DNA of 59,443 nucleotides, taken from positions 1-59,443 of the forward strand of contig NZ_CAJXJX010000001.1 in NCBI RefSeq assembly GCF_913055775.1, read 5' to 3'. This stretch comes from an uncultured Demequina sp. (lineage in GTDB: Bacteria; Actinomycetota; Actinomycetes; Actinomycetales; Demequinaceae). Below the pieces are notes generated by a model. The model ran no database searches. It had not been told where the DNA came from and worked only from the letters and a program-made list of their open reading frames with translations. Below, piece by piece: positions 58,038 to 59,443 of this stretch (positions are counted from its first letter, which is position 1; the number at the start of each line of letters is the position of its first letter). A program made the position numbers and the translations under genes.

Positions 58038-59060
58038 GTGGCAGTAACCATGAGGGACGTCGCGAACGCGGCAGGCGTGTCTCCCATGACCGTCTCGAAC
58101 GTGCTGCGAGATGTGCCGACCGTTGACGAGGAACTCCGTGCGCGCGTGCTGCGTGCTGTCGACGAACTCGGCTACGAACTCAGCCTGACCGCGCGACAGC
58201 TCCGTTCCGGTCGCAGCGGCCTCGTCACGGTGATCGGGCTGGACATCAACGATCCGTACTTCTCCGCGCTCGCCTCGTCACTCGCGGCGGGATTCGCTTC
58301 CGAGGGGATTCACTGCGTCATCGAGCAGAGCCGCTTCAACCCCGGTGGCGAGCGCGGCGCACTCACCGGCGCACACCTCAAGCGCTTCGACGGCGTGGTG
58401 CTGAGCTCCGTGGGACTGTCCTACGAACAGATGGACAGCCTCGATGTGAACCTGCCGCTCGTCATCATGGGCGAGCACGAGGCGCCACCTCGGTTCGACC
58501 ACATCATGATGGCGAACATCGACGGCTCTCGGCAGGCGGTCGAGCACCTGCTCGCGTCAGGCTGCCGTCGGGTGATGATGCTCGGCGGCTCCGAGACCAC
58601 GACCACCCACGGCATGGCTGAGGCGCGCACGGCAGGGTGGCGCCAGGCCCACAGTGAGGCGGGGCTGGTCGCCGACGAAGCGCTGGTCATCCCTACGCCG
58701 CACTACACGCCCACGGAGGCACGCACGCTCGTCGCCGAGCACCTGCGCGTCGATCGAAGCATCGACGGCATCTTCGCCGTAGCCGACGCCATCGCCATAG
58801 GCGCGCTCGCGGGTGCCCGGGACGTGCACCGCGAAGTGCCCACCGAACTCCAGGTGGTCGGATTCGACAACCTCGCGATCGACACCCTGCTCAACCCTGC
58901 ACTCTCGTCAGTCGACCCCGGCATGGACTGGATGTCACAGATGGCCGTCCGCCTGCTGCGGGATCGCATCGCCTCGCACGGCGCCGAGCACGAATCCGAG
59001 CACCTGGTCTCCCCGGCTCGGCTGGTGGTCAGAGAGTCGAGCGGCCGCTCGGAGGCATAG
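58038..59060 (+). CDS. LacI family transcriptional regulator
   Basis: TMRDVANAAGVSPMTVSNVL HTH, VVGFDN, LVVRES. Confidence 0.95.
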   Translation: MAVTMRDVANAAGVSPMTVSNVLRDVPTVDEELRARVLRAVDELGYELSLTARQLRSGRSGLVTVIGLDINDPYFSALASSLAAGFASEGIHCVIEQSRFNPGGERGALTGAHLKRFDGVVLSSVGLSYEQMDSLDVNLPLVIMGEHEAPPRFDHIMMANIDGSRQAVEHLLASGCRRVMMLGGSETTTTHGMAEARTAGWRQAHSEAGLVADEALVIPTPHYTPTEARTLVAEHLRVDRSIDGIFAVADAIAIGALAGARDVHREVPTELQVVGFDNLAIDTLLNPALSSVDPGMDWMSQMAVRLLRDRIASHGAEHESEHLVSPARLVVRESSGRSEA

Positions 59061-59227
59061 ACGCGATCTGACGGGTGCTCGGATGGCCACCACCGGAGTG
59101 GCCGCTTCGAAGCACGGCGTGCCACGCTTTCCTCAGATCTCCCCACGCTCTCCCCATTGGCGAAACCGCACATTCCGGGCACTCTTGATAAGGCCCGAAT
59201 CGGGCACGCACCACAAGGGGGACCACC

Positions 59228-59443
59228 ATGACCATCTCGCCACCCGCGCACGCGGCCGCCGACGACTGGACCGAGCACGTCTTCTCGGCAGCGCTCGGCG
59301 CGATCGACATCCTCGCCATCCACCTGGGCGACCGCCTGGGCTGGTACCGCGCCCTCGCAGTCACGGGGCCGCTCACCGCCGACGAGCTCGCCGAGCGCAC
59401 CCAGACCCACCCCCGCTACGCGCGCGAGTGGCTCGAGCAGCAG
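59228..59443 (+). CDS. SAM-dependent methyltransferase, N-terminal winged-helix part (partial)
   Basis: Hand translation MTISPPAH...IHLGDRLGWYRAL...ELAERT.THPRYAREWLEQQ, typical of Rv2258c-like methyltransferases; AGGGGGA RBS. Confidence 0.75.
   Translation, partial: MTISPPAHAAADDWTEHVFSAALGAIDILAIHLGDRLGWYRALAVTGPLTADELAERTQTHPRYAREWLEQQ

Noticed and set aside
1-59443. CRISPR arrays, tRNA/rRNA genes, IS transposases, integrases
   Set aside because: No regularly spaced repeats, RNA-gene signatures or DDE/tyrosine/serine recombinase motifs were seen by eye; a covariance-model scan would be needed to exclude small RNAs.

Overview
High-GC actinobacterial chromosome segment, probably Micrococcales (inferred from gene content and composition). 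Left arm (1-11.5 kb): housekeeping and accessory genes, including a DUF222/HNH element and a DUF2130 gene. 11.6-20.0 kb: a group 3b [NiFe]-hydrogenase cluster (hyhB, hyhG, hyhS, hyhL, maturation protease, hypC, EamA, DUF6390, NikM/CbiM). It is split by a two-gene insert, and a second DosR-type promoter plus start codon sits in front of hyhG. About 20.3-47.0 kb: a defence island with no visible integrase. It holds a stand-alone reverse transcriptase-nitrilase fusion (class 3 UG/DRT type), a complete class I DISARM (drmD-drmMI-drmA-drmB-drmC), an upstream DUF6361-PLD-helicase module (Azaca-like) with a tightly linked uncharacterised lipase-fold/membrane-hairpin gene, and a divergent DUF429 nuclease followed by two small membrane ORFs. 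Right arm: DUF2252, serine hydrolase, vapBC, 5'-nucleotidase and a LacI-regulated GH51 arabinofuranosidase/ABC sugar locus. The most notable new observation is one promoter architecture, TGTC(A/G)(G/C)-N10-(C/T)RNNNT, matching the PafBC/RecA-NDp DNA-damage promoter. It occurs back-to-back at the head of the defence operon and DUF429, and also before the HNH element and the excisionase-like gene. All calls come from reading motifs by eye; no database searches were run.
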